DNA from: Macrostomum hystrix
Lineage: Eukaryota > Animalia > Platyhelminthes
Direction: 5' to 3'
DNA length: 64,000 nucleotides
Assembly: GCA_950097015.1 (NCBI GenBank)
Contig: CATNEN010000025.1
Location: forward strand, 9,114,001 to 9,178,000
The translations under genes and the position numbers were made by a program. Positions 36,201 to 46,000 of this stretch are shown here, in pieces (within the stretch, counting starts at the first letter, position 1; each line of letters begins with the position of its first letter). Below the pieces are notes generated by a model. It made no database searches and had not been told where the DNA came from. It saw nothing but the letters and a program-made list of their open reading frames with translations.

Positions 36201-39200
36201 TTAAACTGACCTGAAGTTTGGATCTTAGCCTGACTAAACTGAACTGAAGTTTGGATCTTAGCCTGATTAAACTGACCTGAAGTTTGGATCTTAGCCTGAT
36301 TAAACTGACCTGAAGTTAAGATATTAGCCTGATTAAACTGACCTGAAGTTTGGATCTTAGCCTGATTAAACTGACCTGAAGTTTGGATCTTAACCTGATT
36401 AAACTGACCTGAAGTTTGGATCTTAGCCTGATTAAACTGACCTGAAGTTTGGATCTTAGCCTGATTAAACTGACCTGAAGTTTGGATCTTAACCTGATTA
36501 AAATGACCTGAAGTTTGGATCTTAACCTGATTAAACTGACCTGAAGTTTGGATCTTAACCTGATTAAACTGACCTGAAGTTTAGATATTAGCCTGATTAA
36601 ACTGACCTGAAGTTTAGATATTAGCCTGATTAAACTGACCTGAAGTTTGGATCTTAGCCTGATTAAACTGACCTGAAGTTTGGATCTTAGCCTGATTAAA
36701 CTGACCTGAAGTTTGGATCTTAGCCTGATTAAAATGACCTGAAGTTTGGATCTTAACCTGATTAAACTGACCTGAAGTTTGGATCTTAACCTGATTAAAC
36801 TGACCTGAAGTTTAGATATTAGCCTGATTAAACTGACCTGAAGTTTAGATATTAGCCTGATTAAACTGACCTGAAGTTTAGATATTAGCCTGATTAAACT
36901 GACCTGAAGTTTGGATCTTAACCTGATTAAACTGACCTGAAGTTTGGATCTTAGCCTGATTAAACTGACCTGAAGTTTGGATCTTAGCCTGATTAAACTG
37001 ACCTGAAGTTTAGATATTAGCCTGATTAAACTGACCTGAAGTTTGGATCTTAACCTGATTAAACTGACCTGAAGTTTGGATCTTAGCCTGATTAAACTGA
37101 CCTGAAGTTTGGATCTTAGCCTGATTAAACTGACCTGAAGTTTGGATCTTAGCCTGACTAAACTGAACTGAAGTTTGGATCTTAGCCTGATTAAACTGAC
37201 CTGAAGTTTGGATCTTAGCCTGATTAAACTGACCTGAAGTTTGGATCTTAGCCTGATTAAACTGACCTGAAGTTTGGATCTTAGCCTGATTAAACTGACC
37301 TGAAGTTTGGATCTTAACCTGATTAAACTGACCTGAAGTTTGGATCTTAACCTGATTAAACTGACCTGAAGTTTGGATCTTAGCCTGATTAAACTGACCT
37401 GAAGTTTGGATCTTAACCTGATTAAACTGACCTGAAGTTTGGATCTTAACCTGATTAAACTGAACTGAAGTTTGGAGCTTAACCTGATCACTTAGTTCCA
37501 AAGTAGCCCTAAATCGGAACGAAATTCGACAGTACAAATAAGTATAGACAGTACAGCTGCGTACAGCAGTTCAGTCCATGGACTGGGAGACTAATGCCGG
37601 ACAAGGAGTAATGGTAACAAAGTGTATTGCTCTAGGACACAAATTGATTTCTCAGGGCTGATTTGCCTACCTGGCAGGCGTTGAACATGATCTGATGCTC
37701 GAATTTTCTAATCGTCAACACGCCCTGAAACATGTCGTATAGCTGCTCCTTACTGAGCACCAGCTCACTCTGGCTGGCATTCATCTTCTGAATGCGGCGT
37801 GGATCCTCGTCGCCCCTGTAGATCTGGTCGAACTTGGCCATCCAGGAGCTCAGGACGGTCTCCTTGCTCAGGCCGTCAATCTCTGGCAGGCAGCGGACTC
37901 GCTTCTCGATGTTGTTTTTGAATACTTCGCGAAAGTCGCGAACTGAGCAGCCGCCGCCGCAAACCAGATTTGCCACTCGGTCGGATTTGAGAAACACCTG
38001 CAGCCCGGGGTGGACGGAGCGACCGCACTAAACAAACAGTCCTGAAGTCTGCATCCCGCCCTGAGCAAACAGTCCTGAAGTCTGCAACCCGCACTGAGCA
38101 AACAGTCCTGAAGTCTGCAACCTGCACTGAGCAAACAGTCCTGAAGTCTGCAACCCGCCCTGAACAAACAGTCCTGAAGTCCGCAACCCTCACTGAACAA
38201 ACAGTCCTGAAGTCTGCAACCCGCCCTGAACAAACAGTCCTGAAGTCTGCCACCCGCACAGAACAAACAGTCCTGAAGTCTGCAACCCGCCCTGAACAAA
38301 CAGTCCTGAAGTCTGCAACCCGCCCTGAACAAACAGTCCTGAAGTCTGCCACCCGCACAGAACAAACAGTCCTGAAGTCTGCAACCCGCCCTGAACAAAC
38401 AGTCCTGAAGTCTGCCACCCGCACAGAACAAACAGTCCTGAAGTCTGCAATCCGCCCTGAACAAACAGTCCTGAAGTCTGCAACCCGCCCTGAACAAACA
38501 GTCCTGAAGTCTGCAACCCGCCCTGAACAAACAGTCCTGAAGTTTGCAACCCGCCCTGAACAAACAGTCCTGAAGTTTGCATCCCGCCCTGAACAAACAG
38601 TCCTGAAGTTTGCATCCCGCCCTGAACAAACAGTCCTGAAGTTTGCATCCCGCCCTGAACAAACAGTCCTGAGTTTGCATCCCGCCCTGAACAAACAGTC
38701 CTGAAGTTTGCATCCCGCCCTGAACAAACAGTCCTGAAGTTTGCATCCCGCCCTGAACAAACAGTCCTGAAGTCTGCATCAAACAGACCTCGAAGTAGCT
38801 CTGCACGGCGTTGCTGAAGGCTTCGTCTGCGACAATGCCGCTTTCGCCAGCCAGGAAGATTTGAAACCTGTCGCGCACCTGCTTCAACTGGGCTTGGGTC
38901 ACTTTCAATTGTCGCCTAGCCATGTCTGTTGGCTGCTTGGCGCTAAACGGATAGGCGATGCAACGCATGACAAGCGCGTACAGCAGCAGCCGCTGGCGCC
39001 TGTCGGCTTCTTCGTCAACAACCTCCTCATCAGCATTGACAGCTGTCAGCTGCTGATTGGCTCCTGTTGGGCTCGACGCTCTCCGAGGCGGCTGTTGGTG
39101 CTGTTGCTGCTGAGCTGGCTGCTCCGCCGTTGAATACCGACCGGGTCGTTTGGGTCCACTGGGTGCTGTCACATTGTTGTTGCCAGGCGACGGAGATGAC

Positions 39201-40594
39201 GGATTGGAGCCTGAGTTGTTTGAGTATAGCGGAAAATTCCCTATTGACATTCGTGGATGCTGTGTGAGAGGGTCACGCATGTTTCTTGTGTCCCTTAAGT
39301 TTCAGCCTAATGTCCTTAAAGTGTCCTTCTAATGTCCTTTCAATTTCATTCTTATGTCCTTACAATGTCATTCTAATGTCTTTTCAATGTCATTACAATT
39401 TCGTTACGATGTCATTCTAATGTATTTTCAATGTCCTTAAAATGTCCTTCTAGTGTCCTAACAATGTCATTCTAATGTCTTTACAGTGTCCTTCTAGTGT
39501 CCTTACAATGTCATTCTAATATATTTTCAATGTCTTTGAAATTTCGTTACAATGCCATTCTAATGTCTTTGCAATGTCAGTTTAATGTATTTACAATGTC
39601 CTTCTAATGTCCTTACAATGTCATTATAATGTATTTTCAATGTCGCTACAATGTCATTCTAATGTCTTTGAAATTTCGTCACAATGCCATTCTAATGTCC
39701 TTACAATGTCATTTTAATGTATTCTTCTAGTGTCATTACAATGTCATTCTAATGTCCTTACAATGCTATTCATATGTCCTTACAATGTCCTTCTAGTGTC
39801 CTTAAAATGTCATTCTAATGTCTTTTCAATGTCTTTACAATGTCGCTACAATGTCATTCTAATGTTTAAGAAAACGCTGTCAAGAAGCTAGAAGTGCGTG
39901 AATACACTGATGTACCTCTCAAACAGTCGGTTTGGGGGACTGCTGTTGAGACTGCCATTTACGATGCGGGTAGGATACAGACAAGAGCAGCATCATGCCC
40001 TGCCAGCTTACTCCGGAAATGAATATCTTGAAGAATTAAACAGACGTTGATAGGATATGGAAGCTAGGACTCTAGCCCGCACTAGAGACATTTTTCAGTT
40101 GCTGACAAGAGAAATAAGCAAGAAGAAGACGGCAGACGCAGACAGCAAAGCAAAGCCCATTAAAATTAATATTTTGTTAAACGATAGGATTTTTGAAGAG
40201 GTTAGCTTTTTAGAAACTAATCAATCGCGTTAAAATTACACTGGATAACACTTGGATTCTGGAAAAGAGTAATTTCGGGTTTCTGCAAATCACGCTTTTA
40301 ATCAACATAATCAAATTCTGCGGAAGAAACCGACAGCCTCCCCCTACCATCTCCGACTCCGCCAGATTTGTTTGAATCCATTCGCATCGGAGCCGCCGTT
40401 GGTGGCATCGGCGAGACCGGCTGGGAGATGCCGCCGCCACCGCCGCCGCCTCCGCCGCCGCCGCCGCCAGTTAGCCGACGCGACGGCGACGCACTGGCTA
40501 GAGCGGTCTGCTTTGGCACGATCATCGGAGGCGCAATCGGTGCCGGCGACGGCGAGGCGTAATCCTCGTCGTCTGATGACGAATCGCGCAGCAT
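9581..40594 (-). CDS. CADPS: Calcium-dependent activator protein for secretion (CAPS/UNC-31), 15-exon gene, ~1365 aa
   Basis: Hand-spliced join(40594-40348,39240-38789,37997-37671,30310-30230,25740-25489,21573-21340,20544-20341,19011-18359,18082-17793,17036-16930,15139-14983,14456-14008,13482-13216,10563-10369,9763-9581) = 4098 nt, 1366 codons including the stop, with consistent phases. Recognised CAPS motifs: [64 protein letters not shown] (C2), PH domain, [50 protein letters not shown] (MHD). Confidence 0.95.
9869..10312. repeat. 20/19-bp minisatellite agaatccgcccctggttcta (CAPS intron 14)
   Basis: Read directly. Confidence 0.95.
10369..10563 (-). CDS. CADPS: CAPS exon 14 (not in the ORF track)
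   Basis: Encodes [14 protein letters not shown]...YQLQCL...[11 protein letters not shown]...NSRLQ, matching the CAPS C-terminal region. Confidence 0.9.
10630..13117. repeat. 36-bp minisatellite, ~69 units (CAPS intron 13)
   Basis: Unit cacctgtactcaaatattct(c/g)ctcagactagact(c/t)t. Confidence 0.97.
13216..13482 (-). CDS. CADPS: CAPS exon 13
   Basis: Encodes HEYHKK...[11 protein letters not shown]...VLTVCE. GTAAGC donor. Confidence 0.92.
13535..13795 (+). mobile_element. SINE-like family A, copy 2 (CAPS intron 12)
   Basis: ttgcctctcgcgccaaggtccctgagctcgattcc (tRNA T-arm/B-box-like), followed by body shared with copy 1. Confidence 0.75.
14008..14456 (-). CDS. CADPS: CAPS exon 12 (MHD1)
   Basis: Encodes [11 protein letters not shown]...[16 protein letters not shown]...GENM. 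Confidence 0.93.
14525..14935. repeat. Degenerate repeat carrying ~9 ctctgattgg (CCAAT) motifs (CAPS intron 11)
   Basis: Read directly. Confidence 0.8.
14983..15139 (-). CDS. CADPS: CAPS exon 11 (not in the ORF track)
   Basis: Encodes [24 protein letters not shown]...[23 protein letters not shown] acceptor. Confidence 0.92.
15202..15270. repeat. (GACA)n microsatellite
   Basis: About 17 units. Confidence 0.97.
15571..16560. repeat. 51-bp minisatellite (CAPS intron 10)
   Basis: About 19 units of acaccctggaacacccggtctgatttaacagctgctagcaccttctgtcta. Confidence 0.97.
16930..17036 (-). CDS. CADPS: CAPS exon 10
   Basis: Encodes ...[26 protein letters not shown]. Phase-1 acceptor CCAG|AG, GTATGG donor. 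Confidence 0.88.
17101..17396 (+). mobile_element. tRNA-derived CORE-like SINE, family B, apparently full length
   Basis: A box tggccttgtgg and B box ggttcgattac. CORE-like gcaagacact...cagttcacccagctgttaaattgg. (ttaa)n tail. Candidate TSD tcaaggtcaa/tcaaggttaa at 17091-17100 and 17397-17406. Confidence 0.8.
17414..17770. repeat. 27-bp minisatellite ctgagcatctgggtccaaggtcagccc (CAPS intron 9)
   Basis: About 13 units. Confidence 0.97.
17793..18082 (-). CDS. CADPS: CAPS exon 9
   Basis: Encodes PDGIGTV...[11 protein letters not shown]...ANIE. GTTAGT donor. Confidence 0.95.
18145..18295 (+). mobile_element. SINE-like family A, copy 3, internally deleted (CAPS intron 8)
   Basis: gagttcgattcc B box. 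Shares both ends with copy 2. Confidence 0.72.
18359..19011 (-). CDS. CADPS: CAPS exon 8
   Basis: Encodes [15 protein letters not shown]...ASHVHGN. GTGAGT donor. Confidence 0.95.
19032..20290. repeat. 17-bp minisatellite gagagtggaagtttcc(g/a) within a 529-bp tandem duplication (CAPS intron 7)
   Basis: The unique leader tttaacttatagaatcgctg... occurs at 19032 and 19561, each followed by the array. Confidence 0.93.
20341..20544 (-). CDS. CADPS: CAPS exon 7
   Basis: Encodes VYIRPT...[12 protein letters not shown], the start of the PH domain. Canonical sites. Confidence 0.95.
20685..21310. repeat. 23-bp minisatellite tgagattctaagatgagatggga, decaying to 10-mers (CAPS intron 6)
   Basis: Read directly. 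Confidence 0.95.
21340..21573 (-). CDS. CADPS: CAPS exon 6 (C2 domain)
   Basis: Encodes [10 protein letters not shown]...DRELGK. GTAAGC donor. Confidence 0.95.
21655..22533. repeat. 19-bp minisatellite gtagatctaggggtggttg with variant gtagatctatgagctgtca
   Basis: Read directly. Confidence 0.95.
23530..25395. repeat. Polypurine ~44-47-bp repeat (gggaagggacaagagggaaggagaaggaagtgatagga...)
   Basis: Read directly; only 3-4 pyrimidines per unit. Confidence 0.95.
25489..25740 (-). CDS. CADPS: CAPS exon 5 (GC donor)
   Basis: Encodes [16 protein letters not shown]...LNFSIE. Followed by GCGAGT, the only phase-0 donor that joins to IVVSEV. Confidence 0.9.
26107..26325. repeat. 51-bp repeat, ~4 units
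   Basis: agcccatagacaaccgtcaccctggcatggccaagagggtgcatagagccc. Confidence 0.92.
27383..28178. repeat. 19/20-bp minisatellite catgtaagatctggggttt(t)
   Basis: Read directly. Confidence 0.95.
28723..29070. repeat. 24-bp minisatellite ttcgattctggctactgttcctgc
   Basis: About 14 units. Confidence 0.95.
29675..30226. repeat. 42-bp array followed by a related 21-bp array abutting the CAPS exon 4 donor
   Basis: Units atgaccctctatactcacacacagtcctttgatattcacaca and cacacacagtccctcgccatt. Confidence 0.92.
30230..30310 (-). CDS. CADPS: CAPS exon 4 (81 nt, not in the ORF track)
   Basis: Encodes [33 protein letters not shown] acceptor, GTGAGC donor. Confidence 0.93.
30826..33405. repeat. 16-bp variant-repeat minisatellite (gtctcatctctcccgc / gtcttaactctgccgt)
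   Basis: About 160 units with higher-order periodicity. Confidence 0.95.
34533..37490. repeat. 33-bp minisatellite aaactgacctgaagtttggatcttagcctgatt, ~90 units (CAPS intron 3)
   Basis: Read directly. Confidence 0.97.
37545..37592 (-). mobile_element. SINE family B short fragment
   Basis: Reverse complement gtctcccagtccatggactgaactgctgtac matches 17277-17312. Confidence 0.55.
37671..37997 (-). CDS. CADPS: CAPS exon 3
   Basis: Encodes VFLKSDRV...FNACQ. CAG acceptor, GTAGGC donor. Confidence 0.95.
38030..38785. repeat. 33-bp minisatellite aaacagtcctgaagtttgcatcccgccctgaac, ~23 units (CAPS intron 2)
   Basis: Read directly; fills almost the whole intron. Confidence 0.97.
38789..39240 (-). CDS. 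CADPS: CAPS exon 2
   Basis: Encodes [27 protein letters not shown]...AVQSYFE. Donor GAG|GTCTGT. Acceptor is either 39240 (phase 1) or 39259 (phase 0). Confidence 0.85.
39300..39867. repeat. Degenerate 11-bp repeat (caatgtcatt/ctaatgtcctt) (CAPS intron 1)
   Basis: Read directly. Confidence 0.88.
40348..40594 (-). CDS. CADPS: CAPS exon 1 ([11 protein letters not shown]..., poly-Gly)
   Basis: Resembles the CAPS N-terminus (MLDPSSSEEE, Gly-rich). The donor G|GTAGGG is inferred and its exact position is uncertain. Confidence 0.7.
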
Positions 40595-42730
40595 TTAAGC
40601 AGTCTCCGGCCCGTTGGTGCTCAGCTAACTATCTATATATAGTTTTTTGTTGTTTCTTCTTGTTTTAGTAAACACGCAGATAGAAATGAGGCGCGAGGCT
40701 GCCAGTAGAGCAGGTCGGCCTCGCGAGTTTAGCAGCTCGCTTGAGGCTTTGAGCGCCGTCCAATGTTCGCAGTGACAGGGTCTGAAGTTTTTTTAGATGG
40801 AATTCAACAGGTACTGGTAGCTACTATATAATCTTTCAACACTGGTATGTCAATAAGTTTTAGCCAATAAAAAAGTAACACATCGAAAATTAACAAATTA
40901 ACAACGATAACGTTTAAGGTTTCCAAAAGATTACTCAATTAGCAACTTTAAAAAAGTCTAAAGATTATTCATAATAATATACATATGAATTTTTAGAAAG
41001 TAAGCTAAAAACTATAATACTTATTTGCTTTATAATAGATTAATAATAGATTATTAATATATACTAGTATATTTATATATATTATTCTTTAAAATATTAT
41101 GAAATTTATTTTTGTTAGGCTAAAAAGTAGGCTAAAGTAGGCTGAATTAGTAGGCTAAAAAGTAGGCTATATTATCAATAATAAACATCTTATGTGTCTA
41201 ACTACATTTGCAAGTAATATTACATTAATACTTACAAGGTTTTATAGTTAATACAAATGAATGCAAAATGAGATTATTTCAGAAGATATATATCCAACCT
41301 GATATTTATAAATGTCAAATTAAGCATTTTCTATACTTCTATTTTTAGTGTTAAGTATCAGTGCAGTCTTGAGTTATCAAAAAAGGTTTTTTAATAAAGA
41401 AAGGTATGTTGCCTTCTACTTATGAGTCCACTGCAGCTTTTTTCTAGATACCAGTAAATAAATGGCACAAATGATACCCTACTCTGTGTTTACCTGAGCC
41501 AATTATCAAGTATTTATGTTGTAAGCTTTTTTAGATACATTCTTTAACTGCAACATAAGTAAAATAGCTATGAATAATAAATTTAGGATAATTAGCCTAC
41601 ACTATATTGAATACATTTAAAATAATAAAAACAGAACTAGTATGGCTAATTTTTACTCGTTGGCACATATTTCTGCGTGCCTGCCATGTTTAGACGTACA
41701 AAAAATAAAGAAACGAATAATAATATCGTAGATGTGAAAAACAAAGTTATAGACTAGCTATGCCCATAATGAACTTAAATTACAATAAGTCAACAATGAT
41801 TTTATATGAAGTTTTAGAATCAGCCTCTTGCAGTTTCTTCAGCCTCTCTATGTTGCACTACCAACAGATAAAAAATAATGTTTACCATACAGCCCCTATC
41901 CAAAATACTGTATTAGAACTCAAAATTGAGTAATCTTATTGTCTTTCGTAGGAAATAGTTTTCGTGCCAGAAGTTAAAAATATAAATTATTTATATTGTT
42001 AGTAAAACAAACTGTAGCATTTTTATTAAATGTACGGAATACAATAACCAATTTTTTTCTTTTTTAATTACTTTTTTAATCATTTTAGTCATGCAAAAGG
42101 AGCTCTTCCTTCGATTATTTTTTAATTTTCGATAATATCCGAACAATTTGTTCTCCATTTAGTTTTTTATCTCAGCTATCAATGCAATATTTGTCTTTGA
42201 AGTCTGTTGTAGAATCTTAAATTTTAATAGAAAATAAACATTGTAACACCCTGACATCGGAGCGAGCTGGTATTGCAGGCCTGTCAACCAAGTACTACTA
42301 GGCTGCAACGAGGAACTACGTAAAAAGATGTGTTACTCGAGTCGTCCTTGGACCGTATTGCTCAGTTCATTTATCGAGCGATTGACACAAAAATCGCATA
42401 GAAATCAATATTATATGCACATTCAAGTAATAAAAGCTTCAAGGTACTAAAAAACTCAAATCCGAATGTGGTACATATATAGCTTGAAAATGCTTTATAT
42501 TTCTAAAACAACTCCTCACACAAGAAATATTCCAATTGTGGCAACACAGAAATGCAAGCAATAACTCGTAGAAATGACCAAAAAAGAATAACTTCCGTAA
42601 GATTACACGCAACTAAGTTATTAGAAAAACAGGGCTTACTCGCTAGATTCCAGAATCACGTTGCTAACTTGGCTAATCAACTCCGCGAGCAAAATATATG
42701 TAAAATCAATTAAACACTACTATAAGTAGC

Positions 42731-43060
42731 TTAACAACGCTCAAACACTCGATACATATCCTGCAGGCTGACCAGCTTGCCAATAGAGCGGGAGTTGCGA
42801 CACTCGGCATCGGGCCTGAACTGGGCTCGCATCGCCGGGAACAGGGCTAGCTCCACAGTGCGCTCTACTGGATCTCGACGCGTCTGCGCCTCCGACTGGG
42901 CGCCAATAGACGAGTCGGCGACGGCGCCGGGAAATGGCGCCTTCACAGCGTAGAACTTGGCCGTCTCACGGCAGAAGCCTTCAAAGCAGGCGGACTCATT
43001 GTTCCAGTTCACCTTGGTGGCTAGACGGAGCAGGTAGATGCCTAGGTAGTCAAGGTCGGG
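42731..43060 (-). CDS. MLH1: MLH1 exon 10 (terminal)
   Basis: Encodes [19 protein letters not shown]...[11 protein letters not shown]. Confidence 0.95.
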   Translation of the reverse strand, partial: PDLDYLGIYLLRLATKVNWNNESACFEGFCRETAKFYAVKAPFPGAVADSSIGAQSEAQTRRDPVERTVELALFPAMRAQFRPDAECRNSRSIGKLVSLQDMYRVFERC

Positions 43061-46000
43061 CTGTGAATGGACAATAAAATGTTTACTATTCACTGAAAAG
43101 CTTCGGGCCAGAAAAATTAAATAATGAACAATAAGTATCAAATCCTTCTGACCCATTTTCTTAGCTAGTCCATTGACCCATTCTCCCAGTTAGTCCATTG
43201 ACCCATTCACCCAGTTAGTCCATTGACCCATTCACCCAGTTAGTCCATTGACCCATTCACCCAGTTAGTCCATTGACCCATTCTCCCAGTTAGTCCATTG
43301 ACCCATTCTCCCAGTTAGTCCATTGACCCATTCTCCCAGTTAGTCCCTTGACCCATTCTCCCAGTTAGTCCCAGTTTATCCTGTCCGTTGCTTCATTGAG
43401 GCTAGAGACCAGAGCAGGCCCTCTTACCAGAAAGTTCCGTAGCAAAAGCGGCAAGCTCAAAAGATTTCCATCGGAGTCAATTTCCATTGAAAAATAGTCC
43501 AGCAGCATCAACGACCTAGTAATAAAAATGCAAAAAAATATTTCCTTTCTAAATTGCGGCCTAATCTTTGACAACTATCTCTGATCCAAACGACCACTAG
43601 TCTATATCTATGACTACTGCCTGATATGTATGACCACTAGTCTATATCTATGACTACTGCCTGATATGTATGACCACTAGTCTATATCTATGACCACTCC
43701 CAGATCTCTAAAACCACTGCGTCATCTGTATGACCACTGCCTGATATATATATGACCACTGCCTGATCACTATGACCACTGCCTGATCTATATGACCACT
43801 GCCTGATCTCTATGACCACTGCCTGATCTCTATGACCACTAGTCTATATCTATGACCACTCCCAGATCTTTATGACCACTGCCTAATCTTTATGACCACT
43901 GCCTGATCTCTATGACCACTGCCTGATCTATATGACCACTGCCTGATCTCTATGACCACTGCCTGATCTCTATGACCACTGCCAGAGCTTTATGACCACT
44001 AGTCGATCTTTATGACCACTAGTCGATCTTTATGACCACTATTTGATTATAGCTCGTAGTTGACGACTGCACAATTCATATGACCATTACCCTATCTGTG
44101 ACCAGTAGTTCCTCTCTATGACCACATGACCACTCCTAATGTTTCCAACAACTGTCTCTGGACCCTAGTATCTATGTATATTGACTACTCCCTTGATATG
44201 AGTGGCAAGAACGCGGTCTACTCGTACTCGGGTCGGCCTCCTTAAATACCTTGCTCGGAGCAGGGCGCCGAATCGCTCGGACAGCTCATTGTTAGATAAG
44301 TCCGCAGCGTCGATAGAGCCGGCAACTGTGCGATAGGCCGGGCTGGCCAGCAGGGCGTCAAGCAGCCGCTGGACAGGCGCCGGCTCCGACAGGTTCAGCA
44401 CTTCGAAGTTGCCGAAATCGCGGCACATTACCTGGTAAAAGTACTTCTCAGACAGGTGCTGCATGTTGAGCAGGAGTAGGTCGCAGTCGCACTGGGCCAA
44501 TGCCAGGCGGCGATCGATGCAGCCGACAAAGACTAGCTTGCGAAACTGGCCGCACAGCTCGGTGTCAGCTCCGGCTTCCACTGTTCGCTGCATCTTCAGG
44601 ACACTCTGTAGCCTGACTAGGCGGCGCTGGCCCTGCGGCTGAGCTTCGGCCACGGCTGCGAAGTTTGATTAAAATGCTTTGTTGTCTATGGCGATTGCTT
44701 AAGCACTAGCGTATACTTTTTGAAAGTCCGCACTAGATTCTGCCTTTCCGCTAACCTTTAAGTACACACTCCCACAGATGTGTACATCTGACGTACACAG
44801 GGGGTGTGTACATCTGACATACACAGGTGTGTACAACTGACATACACAGGTGTGTACAACTGACATACACGGGTGTGTACAACTGACATATTCACACAGG
44901 TGTGTACATCTGACACAATCCACAGGTGTGTACAACTGACATACACAGGTGTGTACATCTGACATAATCGCAGGGTGTTTAAGTATCCGCTCTCCAACGC
45001 TCGCTCTCAAACTCAACCCACTGTCTTTTTCGTTGCTCAACTACCTTGCCTAATTCCAACCCGTCTTACGTATTACAAGCCTGTACTACCTGTTATCCAC
45101 CGGTTTTGCCTGTCGTTCACCTGTCTTATCAGTTGTTAATCTGAATCCCCAGTTAGTTTCAGATCTCTAAATCGAACACGTACCTGACTGGGAACTGGCG
45201 GTTAGTTGAGGCTGAGATCTCCCAATGGGAGGCTGGTCAATAGGATCCTCTTTTTCTTCTTCGGCTAAAATAGGTAAAAATATTAAAGGGGTCAATATTG
45301 ATGAGCGTACGCTTGTGATGAATTATAGAATGCAGAAATTAATTTAAGGAAACAAGAGAACCCATACAGGCTGAAACTGCCTTTGTAGACGCAGCGTTGG
45401 ACAAAGGTTTTGGAGCCGTCGATTCCGATGGCCCGGGTTCCGCTTCGGCACCTGCTGAATAGAGCGATTCAGGACACTTCAGGGAATGATTCAGAACAGC
45501 TTAGCAAATGATTCAGGACAGCTCAGGGAATGGTACAGGGAACTTCAGGGAATTGAGAATGACTCAGGACAGCTCAGGGAATTGGGAATAATTTAGGAAA
45601 CTTCAGGGAATGATTTAGGGCACTGCAGGGAATGATTCGGGAAACTACATGGAATGATTCAGGGCACTTCAGGGAATGATTCAGGGCACTTCAGGGAATG
45701 ATTCAGGGCACTTCAGGGAATGATTCAGAACAGCTCAGTAAATGATTCAGGAAAGCTCAGGGATTCAGAGTGAATGATTCAGAAAGAAAAAGAGAAACCT
45801 AACAGGCACCGACCGTCATCCCTGACTGCATCGCCATCATCCACGCCAAGCTTTGGTCTCTTGGTTGCCGGCCCGAAAAAGGACTCAATGCTAGTGGTGC
45901 CCGTTTCAACTCGCGATCTGATTACACTCTGCGACGCGGCTGCAACTGACTGCGATAGCTGCTGCTGAGATGACGATGGTCGAGACGTCGGCTGCTGCTG

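Noticed and set aside
42242-42389. Solo LTR starting TGTAACACCC
   Set aside because: I found no matching 4-6-bp TSD at any candidate CA end, no second copy and no PBS/PPT.
40595-42730. MLH1-CAPS co-transcribed operon with trans-splicing
   Set aside because: The genes share a strand and are 2.1 kb apart, but no outron acceptor is evident upstream of the CAPS ATG. Sequence alone cannot support it.
44699-45040. 113-aa ORF as an extra MLH1 exon
   Set aside because: It runs through a 23-bp array, has no convincing splice sites, and the model already reaches typical MLH1 length without it.
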